Below are positions 49,212 through 57,256 of a stretch of 64,000 bases of DNA, in pieces. Both the position numbers and the translations under genes were made by a program. The notes under the pieces are model-generated. The model ran no database searches. It saw only the letters and a program-made list of their open reading frames with translations, and was not told the DNA's origin. The stretch is from a virus: IMG/VR virus record IMGVR_UViG_3300044631_000551, positions 20,439 to 84,438 of that record, one strand, 5' to 3'. How positions within the stretch are numbered: position 1 is the first letter of the stretch; every line of letters starts with the position of its first letter.

Positions 49212-49872
49212 ATTTCATAAACTCTTCTGCGAAATCGCAGTTTTCATAACCAGCGTGTAGAGGAGTTCCGTCGGTGTAGTGTAACACTTTAGGATCGATT
49301 CTGTCGTTGTAGTATCCGACCAAATAGTTATACGTCTTATCAACTTCACCTACCGATGCATCCCAAGTCCATTCTAAGCCATGAAGATAACTGGCAGGTG
49401 CTTCTGAAACAACTTCTGGTGTAAGAGCGCGAGTCTTAGGATGTTCGCAATTAAACAACATCATAGATGACCAGTTCTTCTTAGGATACCATACTTGCTT
49501 CTTACCATTCATCTTCTCGTCTTTGAGTTGTTCGGGCGAGATGTTGTGTTTGACGACCGTGACTGCGTCGAGCGGGTCAACTCTTTGGAGAAGTTCCCGA
49601 GGTGAGCAACGCCAGATAAAATCAGAGTCGCAAAATAATGCATATCCATAATATCCTTTTAGATATGGTGTAAGGAATCGTGTGAATGCGAACTCGGTTG
49701 ATTCATACTCATGGTCTTTGCGCCAGTATAATCCGCGCTCTAATAAATCAGAACGCTTAATGTATTCTACATGAACAGTAGTATCTTGTGCGACGATAGA
49801 TCTACGACACGCGTGTGCTGCTGCGTCTTGTGATGAATCATAACCTATGAATACTGTAAAGTCTTGTTTCAT
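49189..49872 (-). CDS. glycosyltransferase (GT-A)
   Basis: VFIGYD, STEF.FTRFL.P, ALFCDSDF, KNWSS.MLFN, LHYTDG.P. Confidence 0.8.
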   Translation of the reverse strand: MKQDFTVFIGYDSSQDAAAHACRRSIVAQDTTVHVEYIKRSDLLERGLYWRKDHEYESTEFAFTRFLTPYLKGYYGYALFCDSDFIWRCSPRELLQRVDPLDAVTVVKHNISPEQLKDEKMNGKKQVWYPKKNWSSMMLFNCEHPKTRALTPEVVSEAPASYLHGLEWTWDASVGEVDKTYNYLVGYYNDRIDPKVLHYTDGTPLHAGYENCDFAEEFMKYVQPRTE

Positions 49873-50513
49873 CTTCTTTTACCGATTAGGGTATCAACGC
49901 GAGGTTCGCGAGTGTCTTCAGTATGAACTAAAACATAATTACGCTTGCATATTGCTTCAATCTTCTCTTTCCACCAATCCATACTACGAATTGTGCAGTG
50001 TAGATTCTCGCCATCTGTAAATGCTTTTACAGCTGGATTACCAGAGATTGCTAACATAACTACACCATCTTCTTTACAGAAGGAAGCAATATCAGCTAAT
50101 ACGGTATCAACATCTTCTTCTGGAATATGTTCCATAACGTCTGCGCAACCAACTACATCAAACTGCCAGCCTTGTGGTGGTTTAGCAGCGAATGGTGGCC
50201 AGCAAGGATCGTAGAGATAAATGCTTTGAATTTGAATAGGGAGATGACCCCATAAACCATTGGTGTATGATTCAAACGGACGCCATGGCATGTTACCCTT
50301 ACCGCAACCATAATCTAACAGAGTAAGTGCTCTGCCTTTTTCTTCTGAGATGCGCTTTACGTGTTTTGGAAATTTGCGTAGAAACTGAATTCCTGAAAAC
50401 AATTCTTTTGCTTCACCGACTTTAATAAGACTGCCTGTTGACGCTGAACGGAAATCATCCTTACCAGTATGAAGTCCTTCGTAGCGTTTAATATATTCAT
50501 CTAATCTTGACAT
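49869..50513 (-). CDS. SAM-dependent methyltransferase
   Basis: LLDYGCGKG, YDP, DV.EHIPE. Confidence 0.8.
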   Translation of the reverse strand: MSRLDEYIKRYEGLHTGKDDFRSASTGSLIKVGEAKELFSGIQFLRKFPKHVKRISEEKGRALTLLDYGCGKGNMPWRPFESYTNGLWGHLPIQIQSIYLYDPCWPPFAAKPPQGWQFDVVGCADVMEHIPEEDVDTVLADIASFCKEDGVVMLAISGNPAVKAFTDGENLHCTIRSMDWWKEKIEAICKRNYVLVHTEDTREPRVDTLIGKRR

Positions 50514-50515
50514 GT

Positions 50516-50701
50516 TTAATATGTTCCTTTTGTTTTGAACCAATCACCCTTCAGCTGGAAGGAGCCACTACTACTTATAATCTCGTTTCTAGGATATTCT
50601 TTTCCGCAGACTGGACATTGCTGAAGCTGGTCAGAGTCAGACATCTTAACCAGTCGTTCAAACAAACCATGTTCTTCGCATGTATATTCGTAAATTGCCA
50701 T
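50516..50701 (-). CDS. FmdB-family zinc-ribbon protein
   Basis: MAIYEYTC..HG.FE...CPVCG...F.LKG.W. Confidence 0.8.
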   Translation of the reverse strand: MAIYEYTCEEHGLFERLVKMSDSDQLQQCPVCGKEYPRNEIISSSGSFQLKGDWFKTKGTY

Positions 50702-50702
50702 A

Positions 50703-51338
50703 TCAAAATGGGATGTCGTCATAATTAAAAATACCACAGTCGCGCAGTTGCATAACTTCCATCAAGACATCGCTTACTGGGTCATGCTTAGCAAATCCTT
50801 CAATAACTTTCGGTGCTTTATCCCAAGCATCGTTGGTATAGCCATTTAACTTTTCTGGGAATGCAGTTAAATCGATTGCTGTACGCAGATCGCGGATCTT
50901 CCACCAGTGAATAGGAAATTGCTTTTGGTCGAGACCAGTCTGCTTAAACATAGAATCAAGAACCATGATGTCAAGAGTTCCACGTTGCCAAGCCCAATCT
51001 GTATCTTTATTGTAACCTTGATTTACTAGCCAAGCAGATAACTGTTCGTAGAACTGCTCGACGGTAAGATCTTCTGGTGTCGGAGATAGAATAGTTTTCA
51101 GCTGTGGCGCATAAGCAAGTTGCTCTTTCCACCACTTAACTGTGTCTGGGTCACTTGTTCTTTGATATACAGAGGATTGTTCGTCGATGCTTAGTTTGAA
51201 TGTCTTTACTCTGTGTCTTAAACTATTCAACGGAGTGTGAGAATCCTCTTTCAAGTCATAGACGAGAAACGAAGCCAATAAACAAATGCAGTTAGAATCA
51301 CTGCCAAGTGTTTCAATATCAAAGATTAGTTGCTTCAC
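50703..51338 (-). CDS. dexA: DexA-like 3'-5' exonuclease (DEDDh)
   Basis: IFDIETLG, T..WW, WQRG..D, RDLRT, HDPVSD. Confidence 0.8.
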   Translation of the reverse strand: MKQLIFDIETLGSDSNCICLLASFLVYDLKEDSHTPLNSLRHRVKTFKLSIDEQSSVYQRTSDPDTVKWWKEQLAYAPQLKTILSPTPEDLTVEQFYEQLSAWLVNQGYNKDTDWAWQRGTLDIMVLDSMFKQTGLDQKQFPIHWWKIRDLRTAIDLTAFPEKLNGYTNDAWDKAPKVIEGFAKHDPVSDVLMEVMQLRDCGIFNYDDIPF

Positions 51339-51910
51339 AGAGTGTCGCCACCGACAGAACGATTACAAGGACACAACGCACCAGTCTGAAGCGCATCAAG
51401 AACACGCAGTGTTTCTTCTGGGCTACGACCGACGCTTAAATTGTTACAGGTCACGTGCTGAATTACATTGTCTGGGTCAACGATGAACGTTGCGCGCAGA
51501 GCAACACCGTTTGAGTGAAGAACACCGAGTTGTTCGGCAAGACCAGTTCTGCGAGATTCATCGTCATACCAATCGCCACTATACATTTTCTTAGTGTCGC
51601 CGAAAGACCAGTGATTGGTTTTCTTTAGGTCTTCGTGCGCATTGCGCCATGCCAGCTTGCAGAATTCGTTGTCAGTAGAACCGACCATCAAAACAGCATC
51701 GCGATCTTCGAAGTCTTTGACAAGTTTGTCGTATGCTACGATTTCAGTAGGACATACGAATGTAAAGTCTTTCGGATAGAACACGATTACTTTCCACTTA
51801 CCAGCGAAAGATGTTTCGTTGATTTCTGCGAATGCATCATCAGGAGTAAGAACTCCTGGCTTTACACCATACACAGTAAAAGGACTTAGTTTGTATCCAA
51901 CAGTTTTCAT
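51335..51910 (-). CDS. ahpC: peroxiredoxin AhpC
   Basis: FYPKDFTFVCPTE, RATFIVDP, ALQTG.LCP. Confidence 0.92.
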   Translation of the reverse strand: MKTVGYKLSPFTVYGVKPGVLTPDDAFAEINETSFAGKWKVIVFYPKDFTFVCPTEIVAYDKLVKDFEDRDAVLMVGSTDNEFCKLAWRNAHEDLKKTNHWSFGDTKKMYSGDWYDDESRRTGLAEQLGVLHSNGVALRATFIVDPDNVIQHVTCNNLSVGRSPEETLRVLDALQTGALCPCNRSVGGDTL

Positions 51911-51911
51911 A

Positions 51912-52190
51912 TTATTGCTCCATATTATCATAAATGGCAACTAGATTTTCCTCTTCGATAAAAGAGAATTCTTTGCCTTCAATTTTCACGGGAAGTGCTT
52001 TCGTCCAATTAACATAGACGATATATCCTGGCTTCACTACTGTAACATCCGGACCAACACGAATTACAGTTGCTGTGCGCGAGTCAACCAAAGTTGTGCC
52101 TTCTAGAATAAGACCACTTGTCGTAACAGCTTCTTGGCTGTTTGCTTTAATCAGAATCTGTTTCTTCAGCGGGAATAATTTGTTCATCAT
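51912..52190 (-). CDS. GroES-like co-chaperonin
   Basis: PL..QILIK, TTSGLIL, VI.VGP.V..VK.G..V. Confidence 0.8.
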   Translation of the reverse strand: MMNKLFPLKKQILIKANSQEAVTTSGLILEGTTLVDSRTATVIRVGPDVTVVKPGYIVYVNWTKALPVKIEGKEFSFIEEENLVAIYDNMEQ

Positions 52191-52332
52191 GTACCTCATT
52201 AATTAATTTATATGTATCACAGAAAAGACAAAAATGACCACGACAGATCTCATCTTTTTCGTTGACGAGAACTACCGTAGTCATTTCATGTTTGCCGAAG
52301 TAACACTTCAGCTTTCGCCACCACCGTATCAT
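52147..52332 (-). CDS. small hypothetical protein (Cys/His)
   Basis: Operon-packed ORF. Confidence 0.45.
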   Translation of the reverse strand: MIRWWRKLKCYFGKHEMTTVVLVNEKDEICRGHFCLFCDTYKLINEVHDEQIIPAEETDSD

Positions 52333-52511
52333 TATTCCTCGGTAGCAGCTTCTTGTTTGAATTTACCCTGACGCTTTTTGCCATCTTCATAGTCAGTCAG
52401 CGCAGATAACCACGCACGACGATAATCACCAGCTGTCGCAGGATTATTCAGCTTGGCATTTGCCATAGCTTGTTTTGCCATCTTTGAAACTTTCACTTTT
52501 GTTACTTTCAT
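52332..52511 (-). CDS. small hypothetical protein
   Basis: GGAG RBS, behind an early promoter. Confidence 0.55.
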   Translation of the reverse strand: MKVTKVKVSKMAKQAMANAKLNNPATAGDYRRAWLSALTDYEDGKKRQGKFKQEAATEE

Positions 52512-52529
52512 AATATGCTCCAAAATTAT

Positions 52530-52558
52530 ATTATACTACTATTTGTTTAATTAGTAAA
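52530..52558 (-). promoter_or_regulatory. early sigma70-like promoter
   Basis: TTTACT-17 bp-TATAAT. Confidence 0.7.
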
Positions 52559-52559
52559 A

Positions 52560-52973
52560 TTATTCACACCACGACTTTTTCTTGTCGCCGAAATAAGGGC
52601 GAGCAAGACCAGCTTTGATTAGTTCTTCGCTGAGACGCTTACCATCATAGATAACGTCACCAAGAACGCGACCACCGAACTTATCCCACTCTTTGATTTC
52701 GAACTGAACTACAAGTGCTTCAGCAAGAACTTTCTTTGAGAACGCAGTCGCAGCATCACCAGCTTTGGCTTCAGCAGCACAAGCAGCACGACCACCCTTC
52801 TCAGGGGTATCAACACCAAGAACACGCAGTTTTAGCTTATCGCCTAATTCAACTGGTAGTCCTGGCATAATGAACTCAACTGTATCACCGTCAAGAACAC
52901 GAGTAAGTTTGTAATCATAAGCAGAATAGGCAACCGATGGAACCAATAATAAAAGGAACAGAAACTTCTTCAT
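52560..52973 (-). CDS. thermonuclease (SNase family) with signal peptide
   Basis: RVLDGDTV, LRVLGVDTPE, DKFGGRVLG, LIKAGLA. Confidence 0.88.
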   Translation of the reverse strand: MKKFLFLLLLVPSVAYSAYDYKLTRVLDGDTVEFIMPGLPVELGDKLKLRVLGVDTPEKGGRAACAAEAKAGDAATAFSKKVLAEALVVQFEIKEWDKFGGRVLGDVIYDGKRLSEELIKAGLARPYFGDKKKSWCE

Positions 52974-52998
52974 GAAGCACTCCTTTGTTGTAGGTCAC

Positions 52999-53223
52999 CT
53001 ATTTAGCTTGTTCGTTGAACCACTTTACCCTGAGATAATAGACGCGAATTACAGCAATGACACTAAATGCGATCGTGTTGGCTGTTGCAAGTAAAAACGA
53101 ACTGGTCCACATAAACACGTCTAAAAACAGCCAAGTCAAAAAGATACCAACTGGGTAATTTATGATTAACCCAGTTAGCACCATTATTAATGTTTCTCTT
53201 AAAATTGGTTTATTGATTGTCAT
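52999..53223 (-). CDS. small 2-TM membrane protein
   Basis: Two hydrophobic helices. Confidence 0.55.
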   Translation of the reverse strand: MTINKPILRETLIMVLTGLIINYPVGIFLTWLFLDVFMWTSSFLLATANTIAFSVIAVIRVYYLRVKWFNEQAK

Positions 53224-53228
53224 ATAAT

Positions 53229-53305
53229 TGGTCTGCCCGACAGGATTCGAACCTGTGACCCACAGCTTAGAAGGCTGTTGTTCTATCCAGCTGAACTACG
53301 GGCAG
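53229..53305 (-). tRNA. tRNA-Arg(TCT)
   Basis: Cloverleaf, anticodon loop CTTCTAA, GTTCGAAT, encoded CCA. Confidence 0.92.
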
Positions 53306-53796
53306 TTTGATATTTTCAATGCCTTTAGTCTGTCCGCACAATGCGTAGCTGCGAAGCCATTTGGTTTTACCATCGGAACGACATTGGTTAGCGCACGAAC
53401 ATAGCCGATGGCTTCGTTGATTACGCAAGAAGACCCATGGTTCTCAGAAGGATTAATGTCTAAATGAATTTCGCAGTCGAAGTCTTCTTCCATGACCTGA
53501 GCGATATCTAGATATAGTTGTGATACTTTATACACTTCATTCATCAGGCGCATGCGTGGGCGAGCCTTCGTTTTCTCATAGTCGCGCTCGCGCTCGACGT
53601 GACCGAATACCTTACAGCCATGTCGCCCACCGAGATGTACGACTACAACTGAAGCATAATCCGCGTACCATTCATCTTTAATAAGAACACGATCTGAATC
53701 ACAGCCGATGTAGACTTTTGAATTAGGATGTTCGTCGATGAATTGCTTTACAACAAGCGGATCAATTTTTTCTTTAAGGTGATGATGTATGTGCAT
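53296..53796 (-). CDS. RNase H-like YkuK-family protein
   Basis: VYIGCDS, RLMNEV, EIHLDIN, AATHCAD; true start MHIHHH (the longer ORF overlaps tRNAs). Confidence 0.75.
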   Translation of the reverse strand: MHIHHHLKEKIDPLVVKQFIDEHPNSKVYIGCDSDRVLIKDEWYADYASVVVVHLGGRHGCKVFGHVERERDYEKTKARPRMRLMNEVYKVSQLYLDIAQVMEEDFDCEIHLDINPSENHGSSCVINEAIGYVRALTNVVPMVKPNGFAATHCADRLKALKISNCP

Positions 53797-53807
53797 AGTA
53801 TTTAAGT

Positions 53808-53882
53808 TGGTACTCGATGACGGATTCGAACCGCCGACCTTCTCCGTGTAAAGGAGACACTCTACCGCTGAGTTAATCGAGC
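53808..53882 (-). tRNA. tRNA-Val(TAC)
   Basis: Stem TCTCC/GGAGA, loop TTTACAC, CCA. Confidence 0.92.
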
Positions 53883-53889
53883 ATATTAT

Positions 53890-53965
53890 TGGTGCGCCCA
53901 CTAGGACTCGAACCTAGAACCAAACGATTATGAGTCGTACGCTCTAACCATTGAGCTATGGGCAC
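53890..53965 (-). tRNA. tRNA-Met/Ile2(CAT)
   Basis: Loop CTCATAA, CCA; lacks the initiator GGG/CCC stem. Confidence 0.88.
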
Positions 53966-54090
53966 TCATTTCGCATAATCTAAGTCATAGATCTCAGATG
54001 TCAGTTTAACGATCTCTTCGATAATCTGCTCTTCACTTCTTTCTTCTTTGACTTCAGGTTCGTTTGTATTTTCTTTTTGCATAATTGTTT

Positions 54091-54180
54091 TGGCGGAAGC
54101 GGTGAGATTCGAACTCACGGACCCCTCTCAGGATCGGCAGTTTTCAAGACTGCAGGATTAAACCACTCTCCCACACTTCC
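54091..54180 (-). tRNA. tRNA-Ser(TGA)
   Basis: Long variable arm, loop CTTGAAA, GCCA. Confidence 0.92.
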
Positions 54181-54188
54181 ATTAAAAT

Positions 54189-54274
54189 TGGTGGACAGGG
54201 CTAGATTCGAACTAGCGATACCGTTGGGTGGCAGATTTACAGTCTGCTGGCATAAACCACTCGCCCACCTGTCC
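54189..54274 (-). tRNA. tRNA-Tyr(GTA)
   Basis: Loop CTGTAAA, long variable arm, CCA. Confidence 0.92.
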
Positions 54275-54278
54275 AAAT

Positions 54279-54362
54279 TGGTACGAGCGGAGAGACTCGA
54301 ACTCTCAAGCCATTCGGCAACAGATTTTAAGTCTGTCGTGTATACCATTCCACCACGCTCGC
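54279..54362 (-). tRNA. tRNA-Leu(TAA)
   Basis: Loop CTTAAAA, variable arm, CCA. Confidence 0.92.
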
Positions 54363-54363
54363 A

Positions 54364-54621
54364 TTACATTCTGAATCCTGTCAAAGCAGCAGATTCTGCA
54401 TAATCTTCAGCAGATTCAACATCCGAGAAGTCGCAAGGATAACTTCCGTCAAAGAAAATTACTGCATACTTCCAACCATCTAGTGTGTGATCAAAATGAA
54501 ACACTTCGCAGATTAGAACTTCGTTGTTATCATAATGAGAAGAAATCTTTTCGCCAGTAGCAATAATTGATTCTACTGAATTTGTTTCATACACGTCTAC
54601 ATTAACTGGACCACTGTACAT
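54364..54621 (-). CDS. hypothetical acidic protein within the tRNA array
   Basis: AAGGAG RBS before MYSGPVNV. Confidence 0.55.
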   Translation of the reverse strand: MYSGPVNVDVYETNSVESIIATGEKISSHYDNNEVLICEVFHFDHTLDGWKYAVIFFDGSYPCDFSDVESAEDYAESAALTGFRM

Positions 54622-54641
54622 AAACTTCTCCTTTGTTAAAT

Positions 54642-54718
54642 TGGTCGGAGTACAAGGATTCGAACCTTGGACCTCTTGCTCCCAAAGCAAGCGCACTACC
54701 AAGCTGTGCTACACTCCG
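54642..54718 (-). tRNA. tRNA-Pro(TGG)
   Basis: CGGAGTG 5' end, loop TTTGGGA, CCA. Confidence 0.92.
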
Positions 54719-54722
54719 AATA

Positions 54723-54804
54723 TGGTGCGGTCGGAGAGACTCGAACTCTCACCAATTAAGACTGGCTTCTAAGACCAGCGCGTCTACCATTCCACCACGA
54801 CCGC
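54723..54804 (-). tRNA. tRNA-Leu(TAG)
   Basis: Loop CTTAGAA, variable arm, CCA. Confidence 0.92.
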
Positions 54805-54809
54805 ATTTT

Positions 54810-54885
54810 TGGTGGATCCAGTCGGACTCGAACCGACCACATCCAGCTTGCAAAGCTGGCGCTCTCCCAGATGAGCTATGGACCC
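54810..54885 (-). tRNA. tRNA-Ala(TGC)
   Basis: Loop TTTGCAA, G3-U70 pair, CCA. Confidence 0.92.
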
Positions 54886-54890
54886 ATGTT

Positions 54891-54966
54891 TGGTGCTGTC
54901 TGTGGGAATCGAACTCACGACATCCTGCTTACAAGGCAGGTGCTCTACCGACTGAGCTAAGACAGC
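54891..54966 (-). tRNA. tRNA-Thr(TGT)
   Basis: Loop CTTGTAA, CCA. Confidence 0.92.
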
Positions 54967-54972
54967 AAAAAC

Positions 54973-55046
54973 TGGAGCGGGATAACAGAATCGAACTGTT
55001 GCTATCAGTTTGGAAAACTGAAGTCCTACCATTAAACGAATCCCGC
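54973..55046 (-). tRNA. tRNA-Gly(TCC)
   Basis: Loop TTTCCAA, TCCA end. Confidence 0.92.
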
Positions 55047-55055
55047 AATTTTATT

Positions 55056-55130
55056 TGGCGGACTTGGGAGGGATTGAACCTCCGACATGGTGATTAACAG
55101 TCACCTGTTCTACCACTGAACTACAAGTCC
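55056..55130 (-). tRNA. tRNA-Asn(GTT)
   Basis: Loop CTGTTAA, GCCA end. Confidence 0.92.
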
Positions 55131-55319
55131 AAAAAACTGTGCCGAGTTTTGTAGGGAATCCTCGGCGAACCTATACTATCAGATTGTCATCACGACAAGA
55201 ATGCTACCTTTGCGGATAGCGGATGGCTGATTCGACAACCATCATAAGAGAACTGGTTTCAGTTCTCACATTAGAATAATGTTATCAGAAGCACACTAAG
55301 TCAATATGCTTTTGATAGC

Positions 55320-55597
55320 ACTCTACTAGAGAGTGCGACCACTTCCGTTGAGAAACCCACTCGGAAGAACAGTTGGATCAGGCAGCTAGTGCTTGATTGT
55401 AGTAAGAGTCATTTGCTTTTACTTTTGTTTGCGCTGATTACGTCAGTCGCCTATCGAGTTGTCTGGTCGGATATCTTTCCCTGTCGAAGCCAGGACATCC
55501 CCATCAAAAACATTCTACTCGAAAACATTTTTGGTGGAGATGGGCGGAGTTGAACCGCCGTCCAAGAAACCTTCTCGTTCCTTCATACAACCATAAT
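55320..55597 (-). ncRNA. ssrA: circularly permuted (two-piece) tmRNA, tag ANDSYYNQALAA
   Basis: Acceptor piece ...GACGGCGGTTCAACTCCGCCCATCTCCACCA ends at 55532; 29-nt spacer; coding piece GGGGATGTCCTGGCTTCGAC starts at 55502; G3-U70 acceptor stem; tag ORF 55416-55378; outer ends approximate. Confidence 0.88.
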
Positions 55598-55603
55598 AAA
55601 TCT

Positions 55604-55632
55604 ATTATACTATATTTAGCGCGAAAAGTAAA
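55604..55632 (-). promoter_or_regulatory. sigma70-like promoter for the tmRNA/tRNA cluster
   Basis: TTTACT-17 bp-TATAAT with an embedded CTAAATA late-like element. Confidence 0.7.
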
Positions 55633-55636
55633 ATAA

Positions 55637-55867
55637 TTAGTTATCGGCGAAGAACGCTAATTTGTAGATGTAGCGAGTTCCTGGTTCTATACCAGATTTG
55701 GTGGGATTGAGATTCCACTTGTGTAGCATCTCGTTTCCGTGACGCTCGTTAAACACAGGAACAGCACCATAACTATGCGTTACACTGCCATTTGCGTATT
55801 CGTGCGTGCACTCATAATGCATAATCTTCGGAGTCATAGAATTATTACTCTGATACATCATCGCCAT
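55637..55867 (-). CDS. hypothetical protein
   Basis: AAGGA RBS, operon-packed. Confidence 0.5.
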   Translation of the reverse strand: MAMMYQSNNSMTPKIMHYECTHEYANGSVTHSYGAVPVFNERHGNEMLHKWNLNPTKSGIEPGTRYIYKLAFFADN

Positions 55868-55871
55868 ATCC

Positions 55872-57212
55872 TTACTTCTGTGTGCGTAGTTTAAGAATCA
55901 GTCGATATTCGTCAAGAGTACAGCTACCCATGTCGGTGTTATGGGTTCGGCGAATAACAGCACCATCCATTAGATTTCCACCCTTTGCCCAAGCAGTATC
56001 GTGACCCCAAACAGAATCCTCGAGCTTCAGAGCTAGACCGTCAATGGCACATTTGAATCCCTGCTTCGCAAGATATTCCTCGCGCTCTTTAGTAGATAGG
56101 CTTCGCTTCTCGTCGCGGAAAACAACACCACATTCTTCGCCCATTTCATCGAGGAAGAGTTCGGCGCATTGCTTCTGAACAACGCTGTTAGCAAAGTTTT
56201 TGCCATTCTTGCGAACGAATTCTTTTACAAACATCTTATCTTGACCAGAGCCAATCGTTTCGTTGTCATAGTGACTAGGACTCGAACCAGTAAGCGCAGT
56301 GTAAGCACCAAAGAAAGAGTCATGGAATAATTCCACATCTACGACTTTGAAGTTCTTGTTCTTTTCATAGAAAGCAAACCATACCAGTTGCAAAGCAGCA
56401 AAGATATCGTTGTTAATTTTGCGACTTCCGCGCCATGAGCACACACGCTCGACATCTTCGAAGAATCGCTCAGCCGTCTTAATAGTTGTTTTGCTTAAAG
56501 GCAATGCGCTTTCAGCCATCTCGGTAATTGCTGGCTGGCCAGCCGACACATTTCCACCACCATCTGCTTTAATCAACGCGATGAACGCATACTCATCCCA
56601 CTTACGGCGATGATTCGGAGCCATATCAAAATACTTTGATTTTTCTTCACCATCTTTCGAGAAGATTGTGTCGAACAAACCCAACGGGATATTGTTGTAT
56701 TCTTTGTAAGGACGAGTCATACTGCGCACGGTGCGGCAATTTACAGACTCGTCATCACACATCAACATCTCCATAAAGTTGACGTCGGTTGTTTTGTTTA
56801 GATTGCGGAATACTTCGATTGCTTGTTTAGAAGAACAGATCTTAGAGTCGAGAACAATTTGTATTTGCTCGAACATATTCTTTTGCTCGGGAGTCAGTTC
56901 GCGATAGAACTTCTTGTTGACGCGGAATTTGTTACGCATGTATCCGCCGATAGCACGAATACGATGTCCGCCATCGATAACCAAGTATTTAACACCAGGA
57001 TAGATTTTTTGCATCTCTTCGTCGTTGCTGATATCGCGCAGTGTAATCATACCGATACCATATCCGTCAATCAAAGATTGAATAATATCGATAGATTTTT
57101 CATGAGATTGTGTTACAGGTGGACGCTGACCGATGGGATCGGCATTTAGCAATCCGCCATCAGTAAGGTTGTAGACTTCTCGGACTTTCTCGAAAAGGAA
57201 TGTGTTTTGCAT
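55872..57212 (-). CDS. DUF262 (ParB/GmrS-like) plus C-terminal HNH domain protein
   Basis: QR, II.SL..GY.IG.I, VIDGGHR..AI, F..LN; C-terminal Q.FKCAI.G...GHD.AWAKGG..N. Confidence 0.7.
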   Translation of the reverse strand: MQNTFLFEKVREVYNLTDGGLLNADPIGQRPPVTQSHEKSIDIIQSLIDGYGIGMITLRDISNDEEMQKIYPGVKYLVIDGGHRIRAIGGYMRNKFRVNKKFYRELTPEQKNMFEQIQIVLDSKICSSKQAIEVFRNLNKTTDVNFMEMLMCDDESVNCRTVRSMTRPYKEYNNIPLGLFDTIFSKDGEEKSKYFDMAPNHRRKWDEYAFIALIKADGGGNVSAGQPAITEMAESALPLSKTTIKTAERFFEDVERVCSWRGSRKINNDIFAALQLVWFAFYEKNKNFKVVDVELFHDSFFGAYTALTGSSPSHYDNETIGSGQDKMFVKEFVRKNGKNFANSVVQKQCAELFLDEMGEECGVVFRDEKRSLSTKEREEYLAKQGFKCAIDGLALKLEDSVWGHDTAWAKGGNLMDGAVIRRTHNTDMGSCTLDEYRLILKLRTQK

Positions 57213-57256
57213 GTTTATTTCTCCATTTGTCCCACTCTGGTGACACCATTGTCACA

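Noticed and set aside
54077-55097. ORFs overlapping the tRNA cluster (54077-54403, 54115-54348, 54633-55097, 54784-55032)
   Set aside because: Spurious translations of tRNA genes
55135-55170. ACAAAACTCGGC resembles the 3' P4 strand of RNase P RNA
   Set aside because: No GAGGAAAGUCC 5' partner found; it pairs locally with GCCGAG and the region is too short
55532-55565. Apparent truncated tRNA or attP-like tRNA 3' fragment
   Set aside because: Explained as the acceptor piece of the permuted tmRNA; no integrase in the window
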